64,000 bases of DNA, taken from Phoronis australis. Taxonomy: Eukaryota > Animalia > Phoronida. The position numbers and the translations under genes were made by a program. How positions within the stretch are numbered: the stretch's first letter is position 1; each line of letters opens with the position of its first letter. The stretch lies in NCBI GenBank assembly GCA_002633005.1, contig NMRA01000732.1, positions 62,001 to 126,000 on the forward strand, given 5' to 3'. This document shows positions 61,807-64,000 of the stretch, piece after piece. The notes below the pieces were generated by a model. It saw only the letters and a list, made by a program, of their open reading frames with translations. It was not told where the DNA came from and searched no databases.

Positions 61807-63489
61807 AATATTTAAAGTATGTGCAGGTGTGGATCCAGGGTTTTAACCAAGAGGGACTGATAATGGACAAACATAGGGGGTGCTTGGGATTTCTCCAATA
61901 CAGCAATGTATAAGGTGACTTAGAATAAGGGTCTGGACCCTTATCTAGATCTGTGCCTGTGGTGGTTTGAACAGTTAGAGAGAACATGATGCCCATCTGA
62001 AAGCTAAATCAAACATTGTTTGATTGTGTGACATACTTCGAATAGGTATGACGCAAACCATGTAGATAAAGCCAAGTGTAAATTGTCTATAGATTAAATT
62101 CTTCGTTTTCTAAATACACGAGAAAATCAAAAGAAATCAAAAAACAGTCTTGGGGTCATCTTCCAGATTCAGCTTAAATTTTGTGTATGTGATCATGGTG
62201 GGGTTCGGATGCAAAAATCCCCAGTTTAGCACTTATTGACCTCATCTTATAAAAAGCAGGTAGATTGCTATGCAATGAGAGAAAACACATAATGAGATTA
62301 GGAAGTGGGACGTGAGGACTACAAAATAAAATTGATATTACTGATTTCACTGCATTCATCACGTGACAGGGGAGGTAAATCCGTAAGCACTTTTGTAGTG
62401 TTGAAGTGGGTGTCACTCAAGTGCTTCTACAAGCCAGTCTGTGGACACTGAAATTCAGGGTTTTGGATAGATCTTGGGTATGTGAACAAAATTTTAAAAA
62501 TCTCTTGTATGGGTTTTTCATTTTTTGTTCTAAAAATGACCCAATGTTGGATTTTCTACATTTTTAAACAGATGTTTTTATCTTCGTTACATTTAAAATG
62601 GTTTCAAGAGAGATCATTAATGGGAATCAACATTTTAGGGACCATAATCCTGTCTGACATATCCATGTTACCATTTCACCCATTCAGTGTTCATAAGTGA
62701 CCGTGGGTCAGAGATCATACAGGCACAAGCGCTGACATAATTGCCTGGTGCCAATACCCATAACGGTTGACGACCTTAGAAACAATTTCTGGCTGACTTG
62801 AATAATTCATGTGACTTTTAATGAAATATTCCCATTTGTACAATATTTCAAGGCAATTAAGCTTTTATTTATAAAAAATCTTTTGAATTAAGGGTTTGAG
62901 ACTATATGAAGCAGTCGAACCGAAAATTATTTTTTCATTTTGAAGACAAAAGCTTACATTACAGGAAAGGCATCAATGTCTAAAATGCAAAAATGAAAAA
63001 ATTATCGAAATCGCATGGTGCATTTAAAAGTTATCACTATTTTTATGTGTCAAATTTTGACTTTATTTCAGGCGGGTGGGCCATCTTACAATGTCAGCAG
63101 CATAGGTTATGGATTTAAAGAGCTTAAACATTATTTTCACAAATATTTTAGCAGTAAAATTTAGTAACACGTATCTTTACCTACCATTCTGTACAATCCA
63201 AGAGTTTACTCCAGAATTTAATAATGCAGGTGTAATTTATTGAATTGAGTGGTTAAGCGCATGGACGGTTTCCAAAGTGCTAAATCTGTCACTGGTGTGG
63301 CAGCACAGGTTAGACTCATTGGAAAACATACACGTAAATAATATTTGTTTTTGGCTTATTTGGAAGCAAGACGTGGAAAACAAAAATGACGTTGATAGTG
63401 CAGCATAAGTCATCCTCAGTTACAATAGTAGACAGAAAACAAAATGTCATTGTCAAACATGCATGTGCAGTCGTTTCCTTGACAGAAAT

Positions 63490-63690
63490 GTTATGGCCAA
63501 ATTTCATGAAATTTCACCAAAGAAATCTAGTTATAGAAACTGCCACCAGGGGGCCAGCAGTATTCAAAGTATCTAAAAGTTGATGACTGATTTGATCACC
63601 ATAGAAACATACTTACAAAAATTAATGAAGCCCCTTTATGAGGTTTATGAGATACAGCTGCATACTGCCCGTAGTCAGGCACCGTAAAAT
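63490..63690 (+). mobile_element. HINE family 1 fragment
   Basis: Contains CCAAATTTCATGAAA and CTGCCACCAGGGGCCAG subunit pieces. Confidence 0.5.
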
Positions 63691-64000
63691 AGGAGATGGT
63701 ATGTCTTTTTTATTGGCTGCTGCTTGAAAACGAACAAAAAGCCCATATTTTTTTATTTTTTATTTTCTTAGTCAGATAGTGAACTAATAAAAAATGTCAC
63801 TGGAAATCACCAGCACTCCGCAAACTGGTCCTCAGAGCACTTCAAAAATGGCAGAAATCAAAGACGTGGAATTGGGCAAAATTTACCGAATTTTGGCACT
63901 CCATTGAAGGTTAACGGAAACCCCTTTGAAAATTTAAAGACTGTCTTCTGTTAGAGAGGTTCAATGTATACATAAACATAATAAAAAATTTTCGTTACGT

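Noticed and set aside
61807-64000. Searched for the RNF34 C-terminal RING exon (CxICMD...CGH...CPxCR)
   Set aside because: Not found by eye; it is presumably beyond the window end.

Overview
Repeat-rich eukaryotic genomic DNA from an animal, probably a bilaterian invertebrate. It has spliceosomal introns, ~38-40% GC by eye, and two N-gaps. Three host genes can be read directly. (1) An intronless 446-aa seven-transmembrane PRRT3/PRRT4-like gene (8487-9827, minus). (2) A complete six-coding-exon Ran GTPase gene (27676-15257, minus) with human-like exon sizes, a divergent P-loop (GDGGVGKT) and a probable GC-AG intron. (3) The 5' four coding exons of an RNF34/RFFL (CARP) FYVE-like/SAP E3 ligase (49066-55646, plus); I did not find the RING exon in the window. 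Most of the rest is transposon-derived: two decayed Kolobok elements (THAP plus P2X7-ballast-like KolX), an AcademX deletion derivative, a 9-bp-TSD foldback element, piggyBac, hAT and Tc1/pogo MITEs, an RTE LINE tail and a tRNA-derived SINE. There is also a four-layer nested insertion, a Penelope-type inverted repeat with a degenerate hammerhead ribozyme core, and two Helentron/HINE-like families. One HINE family carries phased arrays of CTCF-like motifs; the other forms a ~1.16-kb tandem array rich in YY1/NRF1/ETS-like motifs. All family assignments come from motif recognition by eye, not database searches.
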